In this document: positions 37,172 through 47,952 of the stretch, one piece after another
How positions within the stretch are numbered: position 1 is the first letter of the stretch
Layout of the letters: each line of letters opens with the position of its first letter
Assembly: GCA_030390025.1 (NCBI GenBank)
Contig: JASTWF010000033.1
Span: forward strand, 1,118,001-1,182,000
DNA: 64,000 nt
Reading direction: 5' to 3'
Source: Squalus acanthias
Taxonomy: Eukaryota
Notes under the pieces: generated by a model
Told to the model about the DNA's origin: nothing
Seen by the model: the letters and a program-made list of their open reading frames with translations, nothing else
Databases searched by the model: none
Translations under genes and position numbers: made by a program

Positions 37172-37230
37172 CTGGAAACGGGTACCTTTCGCGTGCAAAA
37201 CGAACGTGATAACCAATATACTACGGGAAC
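37172..37230 (-). pseudogene. tRNA-Val pseudogene, 3'-truncated
   Basis: Minus strand gttcccgtagtatattggttatcacgttcg...cacgcgaaaggt. Confidence 0.7.
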
Positions 37231-37841
37231 CGCTGTGTTCATCTTTTCAATAGAGGGGAATTGATGAGGTAATTCAGCTCCTCGAGCCTGTTGCGCCATT
37301 CAATTAGATGAGGGTTGATCTGTATCTTCGCATCATCTACCCGCTTTGTTTCCGTAACCCTTAATACCCTTACCAAACAAAAATCTATCGAGAGTAGCTG
37401 CAACCTTGAGCCTTAAACCAGCTGCAATCCGGGATCCAGACAGAAAAGGCCACCCTGCAGATTAATGAATTACATTTCTGAACTTTAGGGCTTCAGAGAT
37501 TCCAGGGTGTAAAAGGGAACAAAAGATGAAATGGGCCTCACTGCGGATCAGTTTTCTCTCACTCAAATGTATCTGGTTTGTGAAGTGAAATAAAGATCAA
37601 TGGAGAAGCCGCTGTAGCCCTATTGACAGGAGAATAAACTAGCCATACATCTCTGACGTTTCTCAGGTCAAACGAAGGGTAATCGACTTGAAAGGTTCAC
37701 CCTGATTCTTTATCCACACATACTGCCTGACCTCTTGAGAATTTCCATCATTTTCCGTTTCTATTTTAGAGTTACAGCATTTATCTCTTGTCATTTGGAA
37801 TAACACCGCTGGTTGTTCATCCACAGCAAGTTTAAACATAA

Positions 37842-37914
37842 TGTTCCCGCCCTGCCTCGAACCGGGGACTTTTCGCGTGTAAAGCGAACGTGATAACCAC
37901 TACACTACGGGAAC
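37842..37914 (-). tRNA. trnav-uac: tRNA-Val(TAC), near-intact
   Basis: GTTCCCGTAGTGTAGTGGTTATCACGTTCGCTTTACACGCGAAAAGTCCCCGGTTCGAGGCAGGGCGGGAACA; perfect acceptor and anticodon stems, one T-stem mismatch. Confidence 0.82.
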
Positions 37915-38261
37915 CGCTGCGTTAACGGCTTCAACAGAGGGGAACTGACTAGTGCTGATTGGTTCACCTTAAACAGCATTACTCAATATAAAGAATGAGC
38001 TCACATGTATCAGGCGCAGTGCAGTCTGGTCAATGTCAACCCCTCCTTTCTTATTCAACAGAGGAAGAAGAGACACGAACGGGAGTCAGACGCCACAACC
38101 TTTAATTAAAGGCAAAAGTGCCAGTAACACATACTTCCAAATCGTTTCACTGAAAAATTCTTTCACTTGATGTAAAATTTGACTGCCTTGAATCTGAAAA
38201 TGAGAACTGTGGGATATTTTGTTCACTACTGATTCTATTCTCTGTGAGCAATGACGGACCG

Positions 38262-38335
38262 GTTTCTGTAGTATAGCGGTTGTCACGTTCGCCTCACACG
38301 CGAACGGTCCCCGGTTCGAGCCCGGGCGAGAAACA
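38262..38335 (+). tRNA. trnav-cac: tRNA-Val(CAC), near-intact or young pseudogene
   Basis: gtttctgtagtatagcggttgtcacgttcgcctcacacgcgaacggtccccggttcgagcccgggcgagaaaca; one extra nucleotide. Confidence 0.78.
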
Positions 38336-38615
38336 TTACATTTGCGAGGATTTCATTCTGTGCAGTGACCATTTCCGTTAATTTTAACAAAAGTTGCCCC
38401 AGGTTTCTGCTTTCATAAGCAATGAACATTTTAAACGAGATTCCGAAAATACAATGTGTAACATGAGATATGGTTAACAGTTCATTACTTACAAAGGGCC
38501 AAATGCGTTATTGAAGTGTGTTTCGCCTTTCTTTCATTCTGTAAGTTATGATAATCGGTTATTTCTGGTGATTGCAAAGATTAAACTGCAAGTTGAATAG
38601 TGGCCGGCTAAATGA

Positions 38616-38700
38616 ATGCTCTTTTGGAATTTGAACCGCGGACTTCTCATAAATTTAAACAAACACCGAAGCGAAAATCGGACCCCGAGAACGCCGGTTC
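38616..38700 (-). pseudogene. tRNA-Pro(CGG) pseudogene with ~13-nt insert (38652-38664)
   Basis: Minus strand ttctcggggtccgattttcgcttcggt-gtttgtttaaatt-tatgagaagtccgcggttcaaattcc; paralog of 1512-1600. Confidence 0.65.
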
Positions 38701-39468
38701 AAACCTAGCCGAGTGAGTAGCTAATAATTGTAAAACCATTTTGTTTGTGTGGCTATTCTTGATGATCAGAGCACTTGAGACCGAGACAGTGTCTTTACCT
38801 TTTCGACCTGACTTCGGAAGCGCCGCCCGGTCCCACTCCTATAGTTAATCAGCTGTTAGGACGTTAATGCACCCAGGCTGCAGGAGGCTACACCAGGCGC
38901 AGCAGAGGAGTCGCTGCATTAGTTCTGCGTGGAAACAGTATTTTTTCCCTTCTCTCTTCCTCTTCTCTATATCCCTGTGCTTTTATTTCTCTATTTCTAT
39001 CCCCGTCTCAGTTTCCTGAATCATAACATGGTGGGGACATTTTTAGAGACGCGCTTTTTTCTTACTTATTGAAAAGACACCCAGACGGACCGATTGAAAC
39101 TGCAATTTGAATCCTGTCGCTAACCTTGTGTTTTCCTGTTAATCTGTGTTGTTCTGCTTCCACATTCTCAATGAGAAACTCGCAGCCTCAATTTTGAAAT
39201 AAAATAAGGCCCACCTCTTATGTTAGCGACACGCGAGTGATTATTCCCTAAATCAGCCCCAACTTTCCCCAAATCCTACTTACAGTACCGCAAACAAAAC
39301 TGTGTCCTATATGGGAAATAACATTGAGAATTACTTCACTCACTGTAACGCTGCCAATGGAATGGCTTAATTCACCTGTCAATGCGTATTTTATTTATAC
39401 TGAACCAAACATTCAAATTATTCCAGTTTTCATATTTAGCAAACTTGAATGGATAAAAGGCATTAAAT

Positions 39469-39541
39469 TGTGTCTACCCACATTCGAACCGTTGAGTTTT
39501 CGTGTGTTAGCTGAATGCGATAACCACAACACACCAGAAAC
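39469..39541 (-). pseudogene. degenerate tRNA-Val(AAC) relic
   Basis: Inverted paralog of 1043-1116. Confidence 0.6.
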
Positions 39542-40192
39542 CCTCCAGGACTCGGGTGCATTGCAGCGCCTCCATAGGAACAGGAGCAGGCTATTCAGCC
39601 CCTCGAGCCTGTTGCGCCATTCAATTAGATCAGGGTTGATCTGCATCTTCTCATCATCTACCCGCTTTGTTTCCGTAACCCTTAATATCCTTACCCAACA
39701 AAAATCTATCGGCAGTAGCGGGAACCTTGAGCCTTAAATCAGCTGCACTCCCGGATCCAGACAGAAAAGGCTTCGTACTGATGGCCACCCTGCATATTAA
39801 TGAATTACATTTCTGAACTTCAGGGCTTCTGAGATTCCAGCGTTTAAAAGTGAACAAATAATGAAATGGGCCTCACTGTGGATCAGCTTTCTCTCACTCA
39901 AATGTATCTGATTTGTGATTTGAAGTGAAATAAAGAACAATCAAAGAATAAGGGAGAAGCCGCTGCAGCCCAATTGACAGGAGAATAAACTAGCCATACA
40001 TCTTTGACGTTTCTCAGGTCGAATAAAGCGTAATCGACTTGAAATGTTCATCCTGATTCTTTATCCACATGTGCTGCCTGATCTCTTGAGAATTTCCATC
40101 ATTTTCCGTTTCTATTTTAGATTTACAGCATTTATCTCTTGTCATTTGGAATAACACCGCTGGTTGTTCATCCACAGCAAGTTTAAACATAA

Positions 40193-40264
40193 TGGTCCCA
40201 CCCGCCTCGAACCGGAGGCCTATCGCGTGTTAAGCGAACGTGATAACCACTACACTACAGAACC
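40193..40264 (-). pseudogene. tRNA-Val(AAC) pseudogene
   Basis: Minus strand ggttctgtagtgtagtggttatcacgttcgcttaacacgcgatagg. Confidence 0.82.
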
Positions 40265-40304
40265 CACTGTATGCGTGTTTTGCGCAGAGGGGAACTGACC
40301 AGTG

Positions 40305-40590
40305 AACTCTATAAAGGTTAGGCTATTCAGGACTGAGATGTCAAGAAAATTCTTCACACAGAGGGTGGTGAACTTTGGAATTCTGTACCCCAGAGGGCTG
40401 TGGAGGCTCAGTCATTGGGTATATTCAAAGCAGAATTCGATATATTTCAGATTAGTAAGGGCATCAAGGGATATGGCGATAAGACAGGTGTATGGATTTG
40501 AGGCAGAAGATAAGCCATGGTCTCAATGAATTGCAGAGCAGGCTCGAAGGGTCGAATGGCCGACTCCTATGTCTTATTTTCTTATGTTTT
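40305..40590 (+). mobile_element. CR1 LINE 3' fragment
   Basis: FRTEMSRKFFTQRVVN and tail ggctcgaagggtcgaatggcc. Confidence 0.8.
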
Positions 40591-40944
40591 AATGGCCTAT
40601 TCCTGATCCAGATTCTTAGATTAGGGAGTTAGGGTTAATTGGTGTCGGGCTTCCAGACGTGATTGGGTCCCCATTTTAAAGTCCCCACATATTGTGGTTT
40701 ACAGCAAAGCTTAGAGTAATATGCAAGGTAGCTACAGTGGGTTGAACCAGAGAATGGTGCACACTGAGAAGCTGGGGCAGGTAAATCTGTGCTGCTGCAG
40801 CAACAAGTGGTGACATAGAGAGCTGCATTTATAATTCTGTGATGCGGAGATGCCGGTGTTGGACTGGGGTGGACAAAAGTGAGAAGTCGCACAACACAAG
40901 GTTATAGTCCAACAGCTTTATTTGAAATCACAAGCTTTCGGAGC

Positions 40945-43900
40945 TGCTGACTGAGGAGCAGAAGCAGCAGAGTGGTGGTCTCTGTGACCAGGAAGAGGAG
41001 AAGGAGAAGGAGACCAGGCAGCAGACCACCACCAACAACCAACAACCACAACTACTGAGGTGCCTGGAGAGAGAGGACAGGAGAGGAGAAAGAAAAGAAA
41101 GGAAGGCCAAGGCCATTAACACCAGAGGAGAGGCCTTTCCACACTGCCTCCTCAATTGGCCTCCATTTTAGGAGAGGGAGAGAGGGGAGAAAACACCAAC
41201 AACATCCATCATCTGGTTGGAAGGAGGAAAAAGGAAAGAAAGAACAGCTACAGGTGGGTGTGATTCTGGGGCACTCTCCCAGAGACTTTGTTTTGTAGGT
41301 GGGGGGAGGAAAGAAGAAAAAGAAGAAGGCCGGAACATCCAAGGGGTGTGTGTGTGTGTGTGTGGCTTTTGTAAAAGCTAGGCCGCACACACCATATTAA
41401 ACACCCCCTTTCTATTGCCTGACCTGGGACAGCTGGAGCTGCCTAGGTGAAGTCCCCAATTAACTTAATATTATTGGGCATCGTTAAGACCTGGTGCAGG
41501 ACTGAGCCTGGGCATCTCCAGCTATCCCAGGTGAAGACATCTTCTCCCCCCACCAGAAAACCACCACCAAAGACTTGTATTACATCGGAGAGTGCACCCC
41601 CCTGCCAACACCCACCCACCCACCATCCTGAGTGGCGACCCTGCCCTTGCGGCTTCCCTCCTTCCCACCCCCCCTCTCTCTCTCTCTTTGTCTCTTGTCT
41701 CTCTCTGCCTCTCTCTCTCTAAGAGGCACCTCATCTATTTTTAATTAAGTACCCATTGAGCAGAGGGGAGAAGGCCCCTCTCCCAATTCAATCAACTAAA
41801 GGGAGAGGTGTGCCTTCAATTTAAGAGCTCCCTCTGCTCAGGGGAAAACAAAAAAAAACCGAGGCCATTAACACCTTCAGGCCTGTGACTTGGGGTGAGT
41901 GTAGCCCTTAAAGAACCCTCCATTATGGCGAGTACATCTTCGTCGGTGGCGGGGGCAGCGAGGACGTATGCGAGCGTGGCAGCCGCGGCCACGGCCGCAG
42001 CCACGAGTCCTCCTGTTACCCCGTCACCTTTTACCCTCCTTACGAGGAAGAATGGGGTCAAGAGCTACACTCACCCCAACATGACTATAGAGGCGTGTGT
42101 AAAAGCCATGGCTGGGGTTGTCGGCCCTTCAGCCATCGTCGCCGCCTCTAAAATGTACGGCAAGGCTGTGTTCTTCCTGGGGTCGGAGCGGGCGGTGTCC
42201 CTGGCCATCGAGAAGGGGCTCACCGTGGGCGGGACCTTCCTGCCGGTGGAGCCCCTTGAGGCCACCGCGCAAAGGATTGTGGTTTCCAACGTCCCGCCCT
42301 TTGTTCCGGGTGAGCTCCTCCTCCCCCACCTACGTCAACTGGGGGAGGTGAGGTCGGGGATCACACCCATCCCGCTCGGCTTCCGGGAAGCCAGCCTTCG
42401 GCACGTCTTCTCCTTCCGGCGCCAGCTTTTCGTCCGGCTGGCGCGGGAGGAGGACGCGGATGGCGCGTTCACGGTGCTCCACGGGGGGACCGCCCACCGC
42501 GTCTTCTGGACCTCGGACGGCGTGCGGTGCTACGCCTGTAAGGAGGTGGGGCACGTCCGCAAAAACTGCCCCGCCTCCAAGGCCGCCACGACACCTGGCG
42601 CGGCCAGGGTTGACGCCGCCGCCCCCCCTCCCCCTGATACTGTCCGCGCGTCGATGGCGACGGATGCGCGGTCGAAATCGGAGGCCAACTCCACCACGGC
42701 CTCCGGCGGGGAGGAGGGAGAGCGTCCGGGGGGAAGGAAGGTGCGTAGGAAAAATAAACACATAAGGGCGGATCCCCTCGCGGAGGAAACATCTGAATTG
42801 GCCGAACTCACGCCTGAGTATATCGCGGAGTTGGTCGGGACGCATGAGACTGGGGGGGTCCTCGTGCCCGGGCCCGTGACCGTGACCGCAACTGCTGAGG
42901 CAGCTGAATCAAGACCTGCGGCCGGGCTCGGGCCCGAGGGGCCCAAGAAACCCAGTCGTCGGAAGGGGGCAGAGAGGGAGGCCCCAGCAGACATGGAGGC
43001 CTCCCCCTCTCCGGGCCCCAATACGTTAAAAAGAAAGCTCCGCCCCCAGCAGGAGGACTGCGAGGAGGAAGGTCCCTCCGCAAAAGGGGGGCAGTCGCCC
43101 GCCGCGGGTGCTGCGCCCCACCCCACCACCGTCATCGTCGCGCGCGATCGGCAGGGGTCGTCTGTCCCTCGGGAGGGTGAGACGGCCGAGTCTGTCCGAC
43201 CTGTGCCTCCCGGGGATGGGGAAGAGACCCTGCCCGTGGGGGGGGGCGCGGAACAACCCGCGGAGGGAAATGTAGAACCTGAACCGTTGCTCCTCGCCGG
43301 GTCGGGCGTCCTGGGGACTGGGGCGGGCGAGGCCAAAGAGGCTGAAGCCGAGCCCGCCTTTTATAACCCAGACATCTCCCAGGGACTGCTCGACCTGGTG
43401 GAGGAGTGTAGCAATCCCCAGCCCGCTGGGTCGGAGGTTGGTGGCGGGCAGACGGAAAGCCCCCTGACTCCGTCTCTGTTGTTGGCGCCGGACGTGCTGG
43501 AGGAATTTGGGATTATTTTCTCCCCGGTTTCTCCGGTCGCCCCGGCGCCTGAGGCGGGGGGGGGGGCCCGAACCGCCGCCGCCGCCTCCCGGCCCGGCGC
43601 CCCTGAAGGAGCCCAGGGTGGACTCCTCTGCCACCGATCCTGGGGGTGGGATCGTGACGGAGGCGGGGCCGGCCGGTGCGGCCGAGCCGTTCGCTGCACC
43701 CTGTGCGACGGACGGGTCGGCCGCCGGTGACGACCTCCCGGAAGAGGACGGGGACTCGGTGTTGGGCGCTGAGGAAGATTTGGAGTCCATCAGCAGCGAG
43801 GCGATGGACGCCCTCGTGCCCTTCACCGACTCTCCCCTCATCCCCGTAGGGGAACTCCGGGATTTTATGGCCGTGAGCCAGGGTCGTCACAAGAAGATCC

Positions 43901-46900
43901 GGCTGGCCCTCGACAAGTGGTCGGAGCTGGCGCTGCTCGTCGTGTCCGTCCGCACCGCCGTTAAAATCATGGGCGCGGACAAGGACGTTGGCCGGCTCGA
44001 GCTGCGTCGGCTCAAGACGTTCCACACTCGGCTGCTGAGGGAGTGGCGGTCGTCAGTGACCGCCCTCCCTCCCCTCCGTTAGGTAGAGGTTGCACTATGC
44101 TTCTGAGATGAAGATAACCATAGCCAGCCTCAACATCAACGGCAGCAGGGAGGCGCGCCGTAGATTCAATAACTTCTCGGTCCTTCGGGACGGGAAATAT
44201 GCGGTGTGCTTCCTGCAAGAAACCCACACCGTTCCGGGAGACGAGGCCACGTGGCTCCTGGAGTGGCAAGGAGGGGTCAGCATGAGTCACCTCTCCAACA
44301 ATTCCTGCGGGGTGGCTGTCTTGCTGGCCCCGCATTTTCAGCCGGAGATCTTGAGGGTCAAGGAGCACGTGCCGGGCCGTTTGCTCCAGGTCACTGTTCG
44401 CCTGGGAGGCGTGCCGCTCCATTTAGTGAACGTGTACGCCCCCCGGACCGGTGCGCAGCAAGTGCGCTTCTTCGGAGAAGTGTCCGCTCTTCTGGGCTCC
44501 ATCGACGTGGGCGAGTGCGTCATCCTCGGGGGGGATTTCAATTGTACCCTCGAGGCGCGGGACCGGTCGGGTCCCCCGCGAAGCCCGGCGGCGATGGAGA
44601 AGTTGCGGGACCTGGTCGGGTCCTTCGACTTGGTGGACGTCTGGCGAAATCTCCATCCCGACTCCAGCGCCTTCACGAGCGTGAGGTCTGGAGGAGGAAG
44701 GTCCAGAATCGACCGCCTTTACATTTCCCGGGCGTACGTCTCCTGCATTCCGGCGGCTTCCATGCGGCCGGTGCCGTGCACGGACCACCACCTGGTGTGG
44801 GCGGAGCTCGCTCCGCTGCGCGCGCGGGGGGGGTCCGCGTACTGGCATTTTAACAACCTGCTGCTGGAGGACGCGCGGTTCCGGGATTCGTTTCGCCGGT
44901 TCTGGGCCGACTGGAGAAGGAAGCGGGGAGGCTTCCCCTCCTTGAGGCTATGGTGGGACGTGGGCAAGGCTCACGTCCGCGTCTTCTGTCAGGAGTACGC
45001 GAAGGGGTCGACCAAGAGGCAGGAGGCCCGGGTCGGGCGATTGGAGAAAGAAGTGCTCGACCTGGAGTCCCGTCTCGGTCAAGTCGTCGAGGACCCGGCC
45101 CTGCGGAAGGTTTACGAAGAGAAGAAGGGCGCGCTGAAGGACCTGCAGCTGGTCGGGTCCCGAGGCGCGTACGTGAGGTCGCGGATCCAGTTCCTGCGGG
45201 ACCTGGACCGCGGCTCCCCCTTCTTCTACTCGCTGGAAAAAAGACGGGGGTTCCGTAAGCAGCTCTTGGGGCTGCTGGCCGACGACGGATCTCTGGTCTC
45301 GGATCCGGAGGGCATTAGCGCGGAGGCCCGGGCCTATTACGGGGCTCTGTTCTCTTCGGATCCGTCCAGCGAGGATGCGCGCAGAGTTTTGTGGGAGGAC
45401 CTGCCGAAGGTCGGCCCGGAGGGCGCCGAGAATTTAGAAGCTCCGCTAAGCCTGGCGGAGCTGACCGGCGCCCTGCGCCAGCTCTCGAGGGGCAAGTCCC
45501 CGGGGCTGGACGGGCTGACCGTGGAGTTCCACAGGGCGTTCTGGGACGTCTTGGGGGACGACTACGCGCGGGTCCTGGGGGAAAGTCTGGCGACCGGGGA
45601 GATGCCCCTCTCTTGGCGCAGGGCGGTCATCGTCCTGCTGCCCAAGAAGGGCGATCTCCGCCTACTTAAGAACTGGCGCCCGGTCTCCCTCCTCAGCACG
45701 GACTACAAAATTTTCGCCAGGGCTATGTCTGCTCGCCTTGGCACCGTGCTGGCCCGCATGATCCACCCCGACCAGTCCTACACGGTCCCGGGCCGGAGTA
45801 TCCACGATAACATCCATCTGGTCCGGGACCTGGTCCACCATTCCCAGAGGGCTGGTCTGTCGGTCGCCTTCCTTTCCCTGGATCAGGAGAAGGCGTTCGA
45901 CAGGGTGGATCACGAGTATCTTTTCGGGACTCTGCACGCATTCGGGTTCGGGACGCATTTCGTCGCCCGGATCCGACTTCTGTACGCCGCCGCGGAGTGT
46001 CTCATTAAAGTTAACGTGTCTTTGACGGCGCCCCTTCGCTTCGGGAGGGGGGTGCGTCAGGGATGCCCCATGTCCGGTCAGTTATACGCCGTTTGCGTGG
46101 AGCCTTTCCTGCGCCTCTTGCGGAAGAGGTTGACGGGACTGGCTCTGCAAGGGCCGGGCGTGGAGGTGGTCCTCTCGGCTTACGCCGATGACGTGCTCCT
46201 CGCGGTCACGGATCCCGTCGACTTGCGGAGGATGCGAGAATGCCAGCAGATTTACTCGGACGCATCCTCCGCCAAGATCAACTGGGAGAAATGTTCTGGA
46301 CTCCTGGTGGGCCCATGGCAGGTGGACTCCCTGCCGGAGGAGTTCGGGCCTTTCGCCTGGAGCACCACGCACCTCCTCTACCTGGGAGTCTACCTCAGCC
46401 CGGCCGAGGACGCCTGGCCGGCGAACTGGCAAGAGCTGGAGGCCAAAGTCACCGCTCGCCTAGGGCGCTGGACAGGACTGCTCCGAGTGTTGTCCTACAG
46501 GGGTCGAGCGCTGGTCATAAACCAGCTGGTGGCCGCCATGTTGTGGTACCGGTTGGTCACTTTGATCCCTCCCCCTGCGTTTGTCGCCAAGATGCAGAAG
46601 AAGCTCGTCGACTTCTTCTGGGACAAAAGGAAGCACTGGGTCTCTGCCGCGGTTTTGAGTCTCCCGCTTAGGGAGGGCGGTCAGGCGCTGGTGTGCCTTC
46701 GCACCCAGGCGGCGACTTTCCGTCTTCAGACGCTGCAGAGATACCTGTACGTGGAGAATCCTCCTAGGTGGCGTGCGCTGGCGACGTATTTCTTCCGCCA
46801 GCTGCACGGCCTCAATTACGACACGCAGCTCCTGTTTGTGAGAGTGGGTGGCACGCGTGCCAGCCTGCGGGAGCTGCCTGTCTTCTACCAGGAACTGCTA

Positions 46901-47893
46901 TGGGTTTGGAACAGCGTCGCCTCCGAGCGCAGTTCTCCCCCGTCAGGAGCGGCGGCCGTCCTTCGGGAGCCGCTGTTCAGGAATCCGCACCTCCACGACC
47001 GTGGGTTCGGCTGGCTGGCGGAGGGCAGGGCTGTGCCCGGTAAGGTGACCAGAGTCGGGGACCTGCTCGATGGCGGAGGAGCGGGCTGGATGGCGCCGGA
47101 GGAGTTGGCGAGGCGCATGTCTTGGGTCAACGTCCGGCTCGCGGTCAAAGCCATCGAGTCGCTAAAAGTGGCACTGGGCCCCGTCTCCACTAGGTGTGTC
47201 GAGGAGGCTCAAGCACGTGGGGCGATCCCGTCCGAACTGACCCCCGTTCGGACGGAATTCCTTATCGGCGCCCGGCCCCGAATCCTCCCTCGTGAGCCGC
47301 CGCCTCACCACTTGAGCCTTCTCGGAGAAATGCCCTCCGTGCCCTTTCAATCCGCACGGAGGCGTTTCCTGTACGGGCTGCTCCTGCACACTCTCCACTT
47401 TGCCATCTTCGTCTGCCGTCCGGACACGCCTTGGCGTACCATCCTGCCGTCCGGCGGAGGCGAAGGTCCCCATTGGAAGGCTCTCTACGCGGGAGTCTTC
47501 CCTTGTTCTATTGGGGACTTGGCCTGGAGGGTGTTGCACGGAGCAGTCCCGTGCAATAGGATTTTAAGTAGGTTTACGGACTCCCAGGCTGCTTGTCATT
47601 TCTGCGGCCTGGAGGAGTCCGTCTATCACATTTATATTGAGTGTGAGAGGTTGCAGCCCCTCTTTCATTATTTGAAGGGGCTGCTCCTCAATTTCTGGTT
47701 GCACTTCAGCCCCACGCTCCTGATCTACGGTCACCCGGTGCGGAGGGGAGCGGGTAGGTCGGAGGACCTCCTCGTAGGACTGCTCCTGGGCCTGGCCAAG
47801 AAAGCCATTAATTGGTCCAGGCAGCGGGCGGTCGAGGGGGTCGTTCGGCCCGATTGCCTGCCTCTCTTCCGCGGCCATGTTCGCGCCCGGGTG
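40945..47893 (+). mobile_element. Tx1-clade (L1 group) non-LTR retrotransposon, long 5' UTR retained, no 3' UTR or tail
   Basis: ~980-bp 5' UTR, ORF1 with CCHC knuckle, ORF2 APE-RT-zinc finger; GC- and CpG-rich relative to flanks. Confidence 0.95.
41925..44082 (+). CDS. Tx1 ORF1 nucleic-acid-binding protein (~718 aa; +1 frameshift in G run near 43556-43566)
   Basis: IVAASKMYGKAVFFL, IVVSNVPPF, HVFSFRRQ, CYACKEVGHVRKNCP; the downstream frame gives an acidic then helical C-terminus ending just before ORF2. Confidence 0.88.
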
Positions 47894-47896
47894 TAG
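44108..47896 (+). CDS. Tx1 ORF2: APE endonuclease, reverse transcriptase, C-terminal zinc finger (1262 aa, open)
   Basis: SLNING, FLQETH, GGDFN, RIDR, TDHH; KSPGLDG, NWRPVSLL, LDQEKAFD, GVRQGCPMS, YADD; CHFCGLEESVYHIYIEC; stop TAG is the first 3 nt of the flanking repeat. Confidence 0.97.
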   Translation: MKITIASLNINGSREARRRFNNFSVLRDGKYAVCFLQETHTVPGDEATWLLEWQGGVSMSHLSNNSCGVAVLLAPHFQPEILRVKEHVPGRLLQVTVRLGGVPLHLVNVYAPRTGAQQVRFFGEVSALLGSIDVGECVILGGDFNCTLEARDRSGPPRSPAAMEKLRDLVGSFDLVDVWRNLHPDSSAFTSVRSGGGRSRIDRLYISRAYVSCIPAASMRPVPCTDHHLVWAELAPLRARGGSAYWHFNNLLLEDARFRDSFRRFWADWRRKRGGFPSLRLWWDVGKAHVRVFCQEYAKGSTKRQEARVGRLEKEVLDLESRLGQVVEDPALRKVYEEKKGALKDLQLVGSRGAYVRSRIQFLRDLDRGSPFFYSLEKRRGFRKQLLGLLADDGSLVSDPEGISAEARAYYGALFSSDPSSEDARRVLWEDLPKVGPEGAENLEAPLSLAELTGALRQLSRGKSPGLDGLTVEFHRAFWDVLGDDYARVLGESLATGEMPLSWRRAVIVLLPKKGDLRLLKNWRPVSLLSTDYKIFARAMSARLGTVLARMIHPDQSYTVPGRSIHDNIHLVRDLVHHSQRAGLSVAFLSLDQEKAFDRVDHEYLFGTLHAFGFGTHFVARIRLLYAAAECLIKVNVSLTAPLRFGRGVRQGCPMSGQLYAVCVEPFLRLLRKRLTGLALQGPGVEVVLSAYADDVLLAVTDPVDLRRMRECQQIYSDASSAKINWEKCSGLLVGPWQVDSLPEEFGPFAWSTTHLLYLGVYLSPAEDAWPANWQELEAKVTARLGRWTGLLRVLSYRGRALVINQLVAAMLWYRLVTLIPPPAFVAKMQKKLVDFFWDKRKHWVSAAVLSLPLREGGQALVCLRTQAATFRLQTLQRYLYVENPPRWRALATYFFRQLHGLNYDTQLLFVRVGGTRASLRELPVFYQELLWVWNSVASERSSPPSGAAAVLREPLFRNPHLHDRGFGWLAEGRAVPGKVTRVGDLLDGGGAGWMAPEELARRMSWVNVRLAVKAIESLKVALGPVSTRCVEEAQARGAIPSELTPVRTEFLIGARPRILPREPPPHHLSLLGEMPSVPFQSARRRFLYGLLLHTLHFAIFVCRPDTPWRTILPSGGGEGPHWKALYAGVFPCSIGDLAWRVLHGAVPCNRILSRFTDSQAACHFCGLEESVYHIYIECERLQPLFHYLKGLLLNFWLHFSPTLLIYGHPVRRGAGRSEDLLVGLLLGLAKKAINWSRQRAVEGVVRPDCLPLFRGHVRARV

Positions 47897-47916
47897 TCAA
47901 CAGTTTTATTTCAAAT

Positions 47917-47952
47917 CACAAGCTTTCGGAGCGGCTGTTCCTTCGTCAGGTG
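47917..47952 (-). ncRNA. minimal type I hammerhead ribozyme motif (second pLTR family)
   Basis: Minus strand CAC-CTGACGA-A-GGAACAGCCGCTCC-GAAA-GC-TT-GTG: intact core, palindromic AGCT stem III, one stem II mismatch. Confidence 0.75.

Noticed and set aside
40945..41120. tRNA-targeting behaviour or an HDV-like ribozyme at the Tx1 5' end
   Set aside because: Insertion is ~680 bp from the nearest tRNA relic and inside a pLTR; I could not build an HDV double pseudoknot by eye
42071..47878. Many overlapping and antisense ORFs of 60-270 aa
   Set aside because: Expected shadows of GC-rich Tx1 coding sequence; no recognisable domains
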